DNA of 53,611 bases, the filler included, from Bipalium vagum (Eukaryota): assembly GCA_037834085.1 (NCBI GenBank). It is 3 parts of 3 records of this genome, joined end to end, with 100 filler letters (N's around TTAATTAATTAA, not from the genome) between each part and the next. Parts side by side here need not be neighbours in the genome. Positions count along the whole stretch, not along the records: positions 32,888 to 53,611 come from JBBMKC010247750.1; 2 more parts are not named here. One strand, 5' to 3'. The position numbers and the translations under genes were made by a program. Numbering within the stretch: position 1 is the stretch's first letter; each line of letters opens with the position of its first letter. The notes below the pieces were generated by a model. It was not told the origin of the DNA. It searched no databases and was given only the letters and a program-made list of their open reading frames with translations. Shown piece after piece: positions 36,590 to 50,150 of the stretch.

Positions 36590-36870
36590 CCCAGGCTAAC
36601 ATAGGGATACCATTGGTGATAACAACAGATTGTTCATCCTATGGAGTTCAAACATAAGTGATCTTCAACAATAAAGACAGTATCTGTGTATCAATCAGAA
36701 TTTTACCTACCTAGCTCTCTGGTTAATCCACGGTCCAGGCTAACGTGGGGATACCATCAGGTTTTGATATTAATTATTATTCCTAATGGGATTCAACCAC
36801 ATGGTATGCCATAAAGCTAATTAATATTTTCCCCCGGAATTCAACCCAGTTCCATGGTTATCATCAGTGG
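36590..36870. repeat. Diverged tandem repeat (3-4 partial units)
   Basis: ccaggctaac.t.gggataccat at 36591 and 36735; gg.ttcaa.c unit ends at about 36645, 36790 and 36838. Confidence 0.7.
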
Positions 36871-38159
36871 GCATTGGTCAACCATTGAAAGGTAATTGTG
36901 GTAATAAAATTTTCTTGTTTGAACTGATTATTTCTTTTCTTACAACAATAGTAGAAAAAGAGTTATATATATTATAGTGATAACTTTCGATTGATTCATC
37001 GAGTACTAACAAAATGCAAAAAAATTCCTCCTCCCAATATATACCTCTTTAATCTTCAGTATTTTAATTAAAATAATTCTTTAATAGATAAAATGAAAAG
37101 AGAATGTTATTTAAAAAATTTTAAAAAATTGTGCTATTTTTAAATATGAATGTTAAAAAAATCCAAAAATTTTAATTATATAAAATATTTTTTATAATTT
37201 TTTTATGTAAATGTATAGTATATTAGAAAATAATTAAATATACACGGTATACTAGATTTCATAATGAAATAAATCCTAAAATAGATGTTTGTAAATTCCT
37301 AAAGATGTTTATTTTTCTTTTTGATAAATATTGACATTCAATCTTTCTTTACTTAAGCGGAACTTGATATTCTAAATCAATAATATTTTAATGTTATTAA
37401 CATTTTAGCGTGCATTAAAGTATAGAAATATTTTCATGCTTTGTAATTTTATTCTGACATTTATTACTCATTGTTTCCGGAAAGGTTTTTTCATTTCCTT
37501 GATTTTCAAAATTCTTCATATAAAGATTATATATTTATTTTATTTTTATTCAAAGACATCATAGTACAGTTTATAACGTAGGCCTCTTTTTTTCTCATTT
37601 GACTCTGAAGAATTTTTATTTGACTTAGATTTTAATTGTATATTTCCCTTATTACTTCTATCAAATTTCATAAAAAATTTAAAATAAAATTACTTAAAAC
37701 AAATATATTTAAAATATTTTTTTTCAAATAAACGCTTTATAAAAAAACATTTTTTAACAATTTTATTTTACATGTTTCAATCTTTCCATTCAGAGCTTCT
37801 TCAGTCAATTTTAATATATTTCTCCATTATTTTTAAATTATATCACTATCATTTTATGCTAAAATTTATATGGATCGACAACGAGCACGACAATTGTTTG
37901 GAAAAAATCATTATATTTACTGAAGATTAAATAAATTTTTTGAATTATCGAATTATTTGTTGTTATTTTTTATTGTGACGGTTAATTAATTTTTTTTGAT
38001 AAATTAAAACTAATAAATAAAAAATGATGAAGTCATAAATCGTCAATTGAAAATAGTGGTCCATGATTTTTATAAAATTATCTTCATTATTATTGGACAA
38101 AAGTAAAATAAATCAAAATTTTAAAATTGTTTTATAAAATATTATATAAAGTAAACAAT

Positions 38160-39060
38160 AATCATCCATTGATTTCTGCTTTTTCCATTTTGTGAATTAA
38201 TTTCTGGTTTTAGTTTTTTAATTAGTAATGATTTGCACATTTTTCATTCCTCATTATTATCCAAGTTGCTCATTATTACACAAAATTAATTTTTACTGGC
38301 ATTTTTATTTTCTTGTCTTTCTTTGCAACCAACAGTATGATCCAACACTTTACCTGTTCTACTTTTTTGGAGAATGCTCAGTATTTTGAATTTTGAGGTG
38401 ACGTTGTTTCCCCTATACATAGAGAACCACATTCATGACATTGAAATTTGTACACGATAGTAGCTTGCATTGGTTTTGAAGCCAGTGTTTTGATTTTAAA
38501 AAAAGTTCTCTTCTTTGCAGTTATAGATATTACCTTTAAGCCTTCTTCATTTATGGTCTGCAATATTTTACTTTTAAATTTATTGAAACTATATGAATAC
38601 GGAATTTTAATAATTTTCTTATTTTCATTTATCTTCCTTTACATTGGATATTTGGTTATTCATAAATTTCTCTATAATAACTACTATCATCTTTTCGATT
38701 TTCAAATCAATTTTTTACTCTTCTTTTGATCGATTCGATGTCCATCTGCTGTTAATAAAAATTAATAAAAAATAAGGATAAAATAAGATAGAAAAACCAA
38801 AGATAAAAGTAAAAAAAATAAAAAGGTCTTACCAATGAGTAATCCAACCCGGTTCCTGGGTTGACAGCAATCCATCGTTGCAAGCCAAACTCTGCAGAAT
38901 CCGGCGGCATATTAAAATAAATGAAATATCTAGGTTTATCATTCTGTAATTCACTTCAAGCTATCAAATATAATAATCCTGCTTATTCACAAAACTAAAT
39001 ATAATGTTTTTGTGACTTCAATGCTCTGAGAGCTTCATCTATGGTCCTCTCCGGTCAATC
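38160..39060 (-). mobile_element. Penelope-like element remnant: leader with intron, linker and GIY-YIG endonuclease; RT absent
   Basis: KIPY linker, IVYKFQCHECGSLCIGETT (GIY-YIG with CxxC) and SLLIKKLKPEINSQ. A GTAAG...polyT...CAG intron (38832-38749) lies just before the ATG at 38745. Confidence 0.85.
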
Positions 39061-40477
39061 AACACAGAGTTTTGGAAATAAGAGACATTTCTCTCTAAAG
39101 CTCCTACTTGGGTACAAAGTTATCCCACCTTAAAAGTAATTAATTCAGGCAGTAATCTCAACCAAAAACTAATTATTTCGGGCACCAATCCTATTTAGAA
39201 AAAGAATTTTATTTTTTAAAATATTATTTATTTACATAAGTATTATTAGTGTTCAAAATACAAAATCTTAGGAAGTTATATTACTGGTTATTATATTAAT
39301 GGAAATCTCTGAACTATATGACCCCTGCAAACCTTAAAAAGAACCGAAAATATTTTCAAGCTTAACGGAGGTAGATTATTTTTAAAAAAAAGATTTTTCG
39401 TCATCTTCTATAACACAAAGATTGTATATAAAGAGCAGCAGAAGTCAGAATATAACAAGCTGAAGTTATATCAAATTATCAACCAGAAATACCTCAAACC
39501 TATCCCGTATTTTCTCATTAGCCGTCTGAATAATTGAAAATGTGTTTATCTTAAGTGAAATTAATCTAAAAAGTAAAACTTTTTCGTTTCGTAAAATTAT
39601 TTTCTGTTTTGAAAAAAAAATTAAAAAATTGCAAAAAATATCAGCTCGACTCACAAGCAATTTCATTAACTCAGAATGTTGATATACATTTTTTTTTGAA
39701 AAAAAAAACAATTCCAGGCTTCATTAATTGTAATTTTTCCAGACAGAAACTAATAATTAATTTTCAACTTAAAAAAAATAATAAATTATGAATTACTCAA
39801 AACTAAGTGGAATTAGTTTTCAAATAATAAATTATGCAGATATGCAATTAAAACTTCTCCATGAAAAATTCCCCTGGGTTTCTGTTGATATAATTCTCCC
39901 TCATTTGTAAGTCGTAAAAGTAATTTGTTAAAAAACCCCAATGATATATTTTTATAATGGTTTGAATGGTAAATGAGCACTAACAATTATCCTGAAATAA
40001 GCCAGCTGTACGCCAGCTATCAGGTTATTTAAAAAGGAATTAGGAGTCGTCTTATATATCAACGAGCCTCATTTCCTGGCATGCAACAGTTTCAATTTTC
40101 TCCCACAAGATTAGGTGGTGAAATGAGATAATTTTCTAATTATTGCAATTTACAATTTTTTGCAATTATCAATTACAGATTACCCCAACCTCGAGATACG
40201 AAGACGACAAACATTTGCGTTCGTTTATGCAATCTTAAATACATTGAAGAAGTTTGTTTCTTTCTTCGCTTAATATTATTGGTAAACTAACCAAAAGATG
40301 GTTTCATATTCCCATTTTCATCTGAAAGATAACATATATGAGTTACTTTGTTTTTCTTGTATCCGTTTGGTGGAACAATCCAACCAGAAATAACTGCGAT
40401 GATTATAAATTATATTTTATTTATAATTATTTTGTTATTATACATAGAAAAACGGTAAGATATTTTTCAAAATAATA

Positions 40478-41749
40478 TATTACATTGGTGCAAAAATTAT
40501 GGCTTTTTTCAAACTTATTGGTTTATTGAGTTTTTATTGAAATCTTTTTGGGTTAACTTTAATATTAATATACGTGGTGTTCGAGATAAAAATAGTTTTT
40601 GGCTTAATAATATGAAAAATGAACTTATTTATTTATATTTGTAAACCATTTTAGAAATGGTTTCAAACTAGAAATTCGGTTTATACTGTTACAAAATTTC
40701 AAACTAGATTGTAATGCTTTTGGAAGATACAAGAAACGTTAATTAGGCATTGAGAGCTCAAAAAACCTCAGAATGTATCACACGTAAATGATTTTTAAAC
40801 ATTTTGGGTCGGCAATACCAGACTCAGAGATAACGATGATCTTGAACTTCCTTCAGAAATTGATGATGTTCTGTGAAAAATAGTTACCAAAGCAGACCCA
40901 AGAAAAAATGTTCCGGAGATTACGAAAGACATCAATATAAATCTTACTACAGTTCCTTGATATTTGAATAAAATTTGAAAATTTAAGAAACTAAACATAT
41001 GGGTACCGTGCCATTTGATTTTTTAAAAAATAATCACTATTATCTTGACTATATATATATATATATATATATCAATATATATATTCTTGACATTTATGCA
41101 ACTTAAATACTTCGTTTCTTCATTGTACAGTAATGTACAATGAGAAAAGAAGTGTTGTCTGATAATCAAAGACGATTTCCTCGACAATCGTATCAGTATC
41201 GTACCTGAAATATATTATGACGATCGTTTGGTAGTCTGCCACCAGTGTAATTTAATTTTTTGAAAATTCTGGTGAAGCCATTTCTGCCGAGATACCTGTT
41301 CAAGAAATAGCTTTAATGCAAGAAATATGTCGATATCAGCCTTAAGTATTAGTCACTCGGAAAGGCCCTACCTTGTGACAATGCTTGACCACACATTGCA
41401 AACATCAATCGAGAAAATTATATAACCTTGGAGCAATTCTTAAGTAATTTATCATGATCCATACTCAACAGACCTTGCAACAACATTTTACTTTTCCAAG
41501 AAAGTGAATATATTTAGATATGAAAGGATGTTCAAAAATGAAATAAAAAACACCACCACGGTTTTTGTGTGTTTTAGAAAACTCCATAATTTGATGAATT
41601 AGAATATATATGTCATTTTCTGTTAGCAGAATAATAAATTATTTTATTATGTGCACAAGTATGACTCCGCCTTTCTTAATTATGTTTATCATTTTGGAAT
41701 AACATTTTGTAGTGTGATTTTCGATATATTTTAGCACTCCAATTTAATA
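40478..41749 (+). mobile_element. Full-length decayed cecropia-type (Hsmar1-like) mariner
   Basis: Ends tattacattggtgcaa and tagcactccaatttaata, about 1.27 kb apart. IRFILLQNFKL, LPSEIDD..KADP and KFKKLNIWVP motifs. A (TA)n tract is inserted at about 41052-41071. Confidence 0.85.
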
Positions 41750-41939
41750 TTTTTTATTTAATAATATTACATATTTAAATTTTAATAGAAAATTGGAGAG
41801 CAAAAATTATATTTGACATTATTTATTGCAAGAATTCTGGAAAAAATCCATCTATCTCAAGTGTCTTTAAAACTTTCCTCTGCATATTCATATTCTGGCC
41901 TATCACTGAATAAACGTCAAGGAAGGAAAAACTGATTTA

Positions 41940-42180
41940 GAAAATTAATTATTTTAGAATTTCATGCTTTTCTAAAATATTTTTTAATATAATTTTTATC
42001 TAATTGAAAAAATCTTAAAAACAAAAAAGAAATAAACAATTATAAGTACATCTTGGATTTTTGACGTTTTTTAATTCATTGTACAAACAATTTTAAGTAT
42101 TGGTTTGTAAAATTCAAAAGGCAACTAATATAATTTATTAAAAATCCAATTTAAAAGTTATTTTGAAAATTGATCACAAT
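41940..42180 (+). repeat. Dispersed non-coding repeat, copy 1 (copy 2 at 44564-44764)
   Basis: Shared anchors aattaattattttagaattt, gaaataaacaattat..gtacatc, tgtacaaacaa and attgatca. Confidence 0.7.
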
Positions 42181-42294
42181 TTTGAAATAATAATTAAAAG
42201 TTTTGTTTTTGACATTTTGTTTTACTGTATTATTTTAAGTAAATTTTCGATCTTTATTTGAAATCAAACCATGAAATTTTTAATATTTTTATAT

Positions 42295-42908
42295 GAAAGC
42301 TGATGAAACTAGTATTCGTTTCACCTAAACAGAACCAAATCTCCACCGTCAAAGTAGAACTTCATTCCCATCGGATAAGGATGTCTTCTTGGTGGAATTA
42401 TTAGGGTGTAATCTTTTTTGAGTTATTGCTAAAAAAATGTTTATCATAATAAATAACTATTGTGATCAATTAAGAAAGCTCAAAGATGAATTGAAAAATG
42501 CAAGACCACGATTGATCAACAGAAAAAGGTCATTATTTACCATGATAATGTTTAACCCCATTTTCATACGAGATGATGCAAAAAGTTAGAGATTAAGAAC
42601 TGAAACTTCTCATTCTACATCTTATTTGATATTGCCACTTCAGATTATCACTTATTCAATTCTCAACAAAAATATCTGGATGGTAAACAGTTTTCAACAA
42701 AGAACGATATTAAGACAACGCTGGAAACTTTCTTGACATCAAAGTCCACTTTTTATGAAAGTTGGATAATGAAACTACCATTAAGATGGCAAAAGTTCAT
42801 AGACACAATTTGAAATTACTTTGATTGAAGTTGTCACCTTTCCTTTGTACAAAAGTATTTTTTAAAAATAAATGGTATTGATTGCCTTTAAAACTTTAAT
42901 ACCTAATA
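42295..42908 (+). mobile_element. mariner transposase 3' half
   Basis: WWNY*GVIFFELL, YCDQLRKL..RPRLINRK, YHDNV*PH, DIATSDYHLFNS..YLDGKQF and IMKLPLRWQK. The end reads acctaata. Confidence 0.9.
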
Positions 42909-42993
42909 TACAATCTGATACATTAAATTGTCCAGTAAAAAGAGTTACAACATTTATATTATATGTTTATATATACATAAAAACATTATATTT

Positions 42994-43345
42994 TTAATAT
43001 TTGGTATATCCTCCAGCTGCATCGATTATTGTGGAAAGCCTTCGCTCCATTGAATTTACAAGGCTGTACCGATAATTCTCTTCTCCCATGATAGTGGTCC
43101 ACAAATCCTGATACTTGTTGAACAGGACGTCAGATGTAGTTGGCTTTATAAGCATATGATTAAGCTGGTGTTTCTTGCACCCTCACACATTTTCGATGGG
43201 GTTAGCATCGGAACTGATTGTTCGCCATGGCAGAAGAGGTAATTCATGATCATCTAACAAATTTCTTGTAAATTTGGCAGTATAGATTGGTGCATTATCT
43301 TGCTAGTAGAATTCTATGTTGTTCATTTGATCGACGAAAGTGTGC
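42994..43345 (-). mobile_element. Tc1 (DD34E) transposase 3' fragment
   Basis: Y*QDNAPIYTAK...LLPWRTISSDANPIENV*...LVNSMERRLSTIIDAAGGYTKY*. Confidence 0.92.
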
Positions 43346-44563
43346 TGGAGAAAAAGAAAGATCTATTTATATTTTTATGTATATGATCTATTTAAAATAA
43401 TTTTGATTATAAAGGAATCTTGTAATTATTAATCACCTTGTATAAAAAAGGATATTTTGTCCAGATATATTGATAATCACATAAAAAGTCTCAAAACAGA
43501 CGATATCAGAAATAACATAATTTCTCGCCAAAGCCTTTCATTTTCTTAAATGATTGTATAATAAATATAATGATAATAAATTTTAATTTTTTTGTAAAAA
43601 GTTTTTCCTTTGTAAAAAAATTAATTATGATAATAAAATGTTTCGGTTTCGTTTCGAAATGTACAATATACTTTATATAAAGAAATCTTTAATAAAACAA
43701 AATTTGTTTTAATCTAATTTTTACTAATAATTAAAATTTATTAAAAATATTTTTACAAAAAATATTCCTTTTTATAGGTAATATACCTCCAGCAAAAGAG
43801 ATGTGTAGTTGGATAATGAATATTCCACAGAGTAACATCTGGTCATATTTTTTCAATATGTTTTTTTGTGTTTTCAATGTAGAAAACATATTTTGTTTAA
43901 CTGAATACCATAAAAATTATAAATTTAATAATAATTATTACATACCAGAAAGTATCATATCATCAATAACTTTTAAAAGTTGTTAAAAAATATAAATATT
44001 TGAAACAAAAAGAAAAAAAATTATTGAATTTAAACGAGAAAATCAATATAAAATTTTAAATGGTAAAATAATTAAAATTCTAATATATAAAAAATAAAAT
44101 TTAAAAAATTAATAAATTTCCACTTTATATTATTAATTAAATGCGATGATTTATAACAGTGCCAGTGTCAAATATTAATTAATAATTAATTGAATATTCA
44201 ATTAATTTTTTTTCGAAAAAAATTTTCAAAAAATAATTTTAATCTTTTTAATAAATTTTCAAAATAATTTACGATCAATTTATTTTGTTTAACAGACAAA
44301 ATGCTTCTTAGTCACTCAAAAAAATCAAAATTTTCTAAGAAAGACAAAAACGATTCATTAGACGTGAAACTGTCACAAAATGAAATTCCCATTAAATGAA
44401 GAAGTTCTTAATGTCTAAAAATCAATTTAAGAAGCATCTAAAATTCCTAAAAATTTCTTTTCCTTTACTTAAATTAGAAATTAAAGTCACTATTAATTTT
44501 AAATTTGGAACGTAAAGGTCTGGTTGCTTCGGAAATCAAAAAACTAGGAAAAATGACAAAAAG

Positions 44564-44764
44564 AATTAATTATTTTAGAATTTGATACTTTTTTTGAAAT
44601 ATTTTCATTTAAATGTAAAAATCCCAAAAAGCCCAACAATCGAAAGGAAATAAACAATTATGGGTACATCACTGGAGCTTATGATTTTTTAAAAATTTTA
44701 ATGTACAAACAAATTTAATTATATATGATTTATCTAAATTATTTTTGATGTAATTATTGATCAT
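44564..44764 (+). repeat. Dispersed non-coding repeat, copy 2
   Basis: Colinear with 41940-42180. Confidence 0.7.
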
Positions 44765-45129
44765 GTTGGATCAGAAAGAGTGATATTGATACCAAAAGAT
44801 AATTTATAGGTTTTCCCATAAAATAACTGAGAATATATTTGAAAAATTTCAATTGCATTTTCTGTCTTCAAAATGGGAACTTAATTGTTCAAAGGTCATG
44901 ATGCTATACAACCCCTTTATTTGATTGGATTAATTCATGCTTCAGAATTTATTTCTAAAATCATTAACTTTAGATATTACTAAGGCTGCTGGAAATCTAT
45001 TGCAAACTTGTAAAACTACATTAGCTAGGTGTACTACTTTTTTTTTTACTTTTTCATGATAAAATTTGACTAACTACTTCAATCTCAAAGTTTCCCACTC
45101 AGTATAAAAATAAAATTAACTCTTGATAA

Positions 45130-45600
45130 TTTCAATCAAATGATTTATGATTTTGGGGATTATCCCAAGGATGCGTCTATGAGTTTAACTCAAATTTTGG
45201 TGATGAAGCCCGGTATAAAGTCTCTAAATATCGGTTATTCAAAGAAGTAATTCAAGTTTGCTGGGGCTGATATAAGGAGTGAAGTCAAAATTCAGTTGTG
45301 GAGCCAGCAAACATTGATGTCCTTTAAGAACTGATAAAGTTGATATTCATGTGACTTACCGCGAGATTAAGATATCATTTGAAATAGCATGATCATTTGG
45401 TTGTGAAAAAAGTGTGCCTTTTAGATCTCGCATAAATTAGCATTTGCTCAAAATGTGGCTCGTATGGATTGGTCTAGAAAAATTCTTAAGAAATTCAATA
45501 AATCTTGAATATTTGCTTGAGTCAGAAAATAAACGACAGTCGCCTATATGAGTCTTCAAAAAGATCAACCAAAGTCATCAATAACCGTAGTACCTATTTA
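45130..45600 (+). mobile_element. mariner fragment related to 2521-3250
   Basis: FGDEA, SVVEPANIDVL, HDHLVVKKVC and (frameshifted) AQNVARMDWSRK motifs. Confidence 0.7.
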
Positions 45601-46519
45601 CATAATTCACACGTTTATCCCACCTCATAAAAGTAATGTCTTACCTTGAGAAAAATGTTTAATTGGTTAATGATGATAGATGAGTTAAATCAAATTAAAA
45701 TTTTTGAGTGTAGGATTGTGAGATCAAATAAATTATTCATAAAAATTGAATATATTTTGTAAAATGACTTTTCACTTATTTTCAAGAAATATTTCAATAG
45801 TAGCATTTCACTTTTCTTTAGTTCGTGAACTGAGTTTATTTGGATTTTATTTTTATTTTTTAATGGTTCTTAAGCGATCAGAAATTATTTTTTGACAATA
45901 TGTACTGAGCCATAAATTTCAGTTGGGTTTCTCATCGGTTTTAAGAATAAACCGATTGCCATTAGCTATGGCAATTTCATTTTTCATGTCTGGAATCATA
46001 AAAAGTAAACACACTTTCAAAAAGTATTCAGAATAACTTATCTACCGACTATCGTATTATTTTAAAAACCAATAATTAAAAAATTGATTTTTAAAATATT
46101 ATTAATAATCCTCAAAATGAATTCTGTATTTTCAATCTATGATAGGCATCAAACTCAACTTTTAAATCTATTTATGTTTCTTTCTCAAGCTTATTGAAGT
46201 AATATTTGTATTATCAAAGGAAATATGATTTTATTCGATTTCTTTTTTGTACTTTTTTGATTTTAATATTATTATGAATTTATGCACCTATAAAAATTTA
46301 GTTTATCATAGTGTTTCAGTGTTTGGTTCATTTTGTTTAATTCTTTTGTATCACATTTCAAAATACTTACAGATTTTTAATTCAGATCATGATATATTAA
46401 ATCTCTTTTCTAATTCCAGACAAAATAGAATAAAAAGAATTTTTGATATTAGGTTGTGACATCATTTTTCATGATAAAAAAATTTTTATTTACAGATAAT
46501 AATGAAAAATTAATTATAC

Positions 46520-47420
46520 GTTATTATTTAGAACCTTCTTCCATCAGTTTGTTGAAGCCTTTATTCCTTCTCAAAAGTAATGCCTTTCAATTAGTTAAAC
46601 AGTGACTTCAAAAGATAAAAATCAGTTTGCGAAATATCTGGAGAATACGGTGGGTGCGGAATCGAACTCTTGGAAGATGGTTTTGATATTTGCTGTATGC
46701 AGTTTTGCGTTTCCATGGAGAAGAATGACTTTGGATTGTTTATATTATCTTTTCCCTTTCATAATGTCGTTTAATCGACGCAATTAATTCATGTATAGAT
46801 GCTTGCTGATTGTTTGGTTTTTCCAATTTTTGTTCCAGGATATTAGACCGGCTCAATTCCACCAAACAGAAATCTTAATTTTCTTTAAATTCAAGTATTG
46901 TTTAATTCTGAGCGTTGTTGTTCAAACAAGAGCTAAGTACTCTTTCACGTGTTTGAAGTTTTTATACAAACACCATTTCTAATCACTCTTGATGATTAGA
47001 TAAAAAAATCATATCTTGTGGCCGCATAATACTCGATGTCTGGCAACATTTTCACCTGATATTTTTATACGACTCTCTTTAATTTTTGCGTTCAGACTAT
47101 ATAGCACATGAGCACGGAGCTTTAACTATACATATTTCATTTTAGGTGGCAGAAAACTGTTCATCCTATACAAATCTCTACAAATTTGAAAGCTGTACTT
47201 TTTCAATTGATCAATTGATCATCATCGAAAAAGGATGACCGACTAGTATGTAGAGTTTCTTGAAGGTTAAATGTGTCACTTTTGAAGCTCTTATAGTATT
47301 ATTTTGCAATATTCCTGACCAAAACATATTTTTTGTATACATCACAATTTTTTGGACCACTTCTACAGTTAAAGTAAAATGCAAATAGATAGCGAAAATG
47401 GTGTTTTCTATCAACTTGGT
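46520..47420 (-). mobile_element. Decayed mariner transposase
   Basis: KIKISVWWN*AGLISW, NQTISKHLY, VILLHGNAKLHTA and IPHPPYSPDISQTDFYLLKSL. Confidence 0.88.
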
Positions 47421-47667
47421 ACTAAATTTCAAAGTTTTCAAATTTAAATAAAATCAAATATTAAATACTGTAGTTTTGTAAAGCTAAAAGGTATTTAAAT
47501 AAATGAATTTCATTTATAATCAATGTGATACCGTAATACAACACTATAAAATAAAAAAACATGAAAAATTATGTTACAGCCAAATACATTATACTAATAA
47601 AAATACTTGACATCTCAATATATTTTTAGGAAGAAACTATCATTATTTATTGTTGATCTAAATTATA

Positions 47668-47960
47668 CAGGGTGCGCGAGTAGAATTACCACAATTTTCT
47701 AAATGTAAAATCTTGCCTTTATATCATTGTTTTAAATGATTAATTTAGTTTGATCTATGCTTTATTCAAAAATGAAAATATTACAAAATCTCAAAATTAT
47801 CAGTGACCTGAAGAATGGAAAAGAAGGTCTTAACGTTTGCAATTTGCACTGGAATGATGAACAATAATATTGTTGAGAAACTTAAGTTGCCTCTGAGAAC
47901 CATTCAAAGAATAAGGAAGCAGTTATTTGAGTCAGACTTTCACATCGAACTGGTAGTTTA
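47668..47960 (+). mobile_element. 5' end of a CAGGGTG-type (maT/DD37D-like) element
   Basis: TA|cagggtgcgcg terminus, followed by an HTH-like segment NNIVEKLKLPLRTIQRIRK. Confidence 0.5.
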
Positions 47961-48049
47961 ATGTTACTGATATTTTTGAAATTTCAAATAAATCTCCAAA
48001 ATTGTAGTTTTTAGGGTTGCTTATTTTTAGAGCGTTACGAGGGCATTTA

Positions 48050-49520
48050 TTAGTCAAGAAATACAAAAAAATACTTTAGGCCAAAGATGGAACAAAATAT
48101 CAGAAAATGTACCAGTCGCTTAAAAATTGTCAATTAAGGAAAAGAACAGAGCCAAAAACAAAAGTATCACTTAAATCAGTCAAAAAGCTGTTAAGCCAAT
48201 GGAAATGGTAGAAATGAAAGTTCTGAGTGACAGCAGGAAATCAACTTAAAAGAGTAAGTAATGGTAAGGACCAAAAAGTGGAGATTATAGCTAGTATGTT
48301 GTGGAAGAAATCATTTAAAAGCATAGTTCATCAAGATATTTGTTAATAGAGAAGTGAAGTATTTAATAAGAGAATTGATAAAGTTCTATTTGTTCTATAA
48401 TGTTCTATTTGAAATTCTAAAACTAAATACATGACTGTATATAACAAAAATAGAAATGTTAGTAGAGAGGTTCAACGGAACCATACTCAATTTTTTTACG
48501 TCATAGCCAAATGAAAATAAGATGAATTGTGATTTACATGTCATCAGGTTTTTACGCGAATCGTAAAGCACTTCATCTAGCAACGAGAGAGACACCGTTT
48601 TACTTAATGTATTTTACAGATAAAATATGCCGATTGACTTTGAATACGTGAACCCAACATTACAGTACCTAAAAGAAGAGGATAATACAAAAATGTGAAA
48701 AAAACAGATTTTTATACAAAATACGGAGTTTTATAGAATGATATGATGAGTCAGCAAAAGAGCATAATTTCAGAGTAGACGACAAACTGATGATCAAAAA
48801 CTGAAATCAATTAGGAAAAAACATCGAAACTTCAAAAATATTAGAAGGTCTGTATTTCGTCAAAAAAGTGATACCACCAAATTTGTAATTGGTCAGTACA
48901 AGAAGACTAGAATCGTCGTTTATTGATCATGCAAATCAAAGCAAAAAGTTGATAGATGGTTAAGGAACGATATCAGTTACGATTAAGAGAGCAGAGAAAT
49001 CTAGTAACAAATGTTAGGCCACCCAGATGATTTTGGCTACCATTGATAATGACGTTGATATATGAAGTAACAGAGGAGACAGAAAAAATCGGCATAAGTG
49101 TGTGTAGCACTGGAATCACTATAATAGGTTAAGCTATGCGTTTAGTGGTATAATGCCTCAAAATATATTTAAGAATTAAGTGAAAAAGGTAAAACATCAG
49201 TTAACGTTAGGGAAAATAAATTCATCAAAATACAAGAATACATTAAAAAGCAAACATATGACAGTTGAAACCTGCTTTTCTGGGTAGCCGATATTTCAGT
49301 GCTTATAAATACAGATCATTGAAATTACTGATAATGTGGTATAATTCGACATACAAGATTGGATTAATGTATTAAAACAAGAATATCCCAACATTTACTA
49401 ATGAAATGTGGATGGACAGCATTCAGAGCCTATTGAAATTATTTTGAAGTTATGTGGTTAAGAGTTGAAGGCTGCCAGAATGTGAATTTGGACAGTTTTG
49501 AGAAGGAAATTAGAAATTAG
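48050..49520 (+). mobile_element. Highly degraded LTR-retrotransposon-like sequence
   Basis: Purine-rich, coding-like composition. PKMEQNIRKC...VKPMEMVEM resembles the gypsy integrase zinc-finger-to-core junction. Confidence 0.3.
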
Positions 49521-50150
49521 AGAAAATAAATAAAATAAAATGTACGACGGAAAACAAAACAAGCGCAAGGAAACCACAAGAATAGAATAAAAAGAGAAGA
49601 CAGGCATACTTTTAATAAAGCTTTTAGAAAAATCTCATTTATTTTGCCTTATTTAAAAATTACTCCAAGCTAAGCTAAATTAAAATTAATTGAGTGTTCT
49701 TCATAATTAATTTCCCAATTAATTTTCTTTTCAGTTATTAATTCTTCATAAAAATGTGAATGGTTTAATTAATATTAAAATTTGTTAAATGATAAATAAA
49801 ATCTCTTAATATGAATTTATAAAATTTAAAAATTAAATTAATTAATTTTAAATGACAACTAAATTAATTAATTAACACTAATTTACATTAAAATTTGAAA
49901 TTTTTCGATTTTTAAATTATTTTGTTAATTAATGTACTACATCTTTATATTTTTTAGTTTTGTACAAAAGATTTATTCTACAGAAACGATTTGAATTTAT
50001 TACAATTTCATTTATTGTATATAAATTAAGTCATACGTTGTTTTATCACTCTATTTTGCTTATTTGTTGTTTATAATTTAATTAAAGCAATATATTTTTT
50101 GAACTTTGTGTATTATATGATATTAAATTAATTAACATAAAAATATCAGA

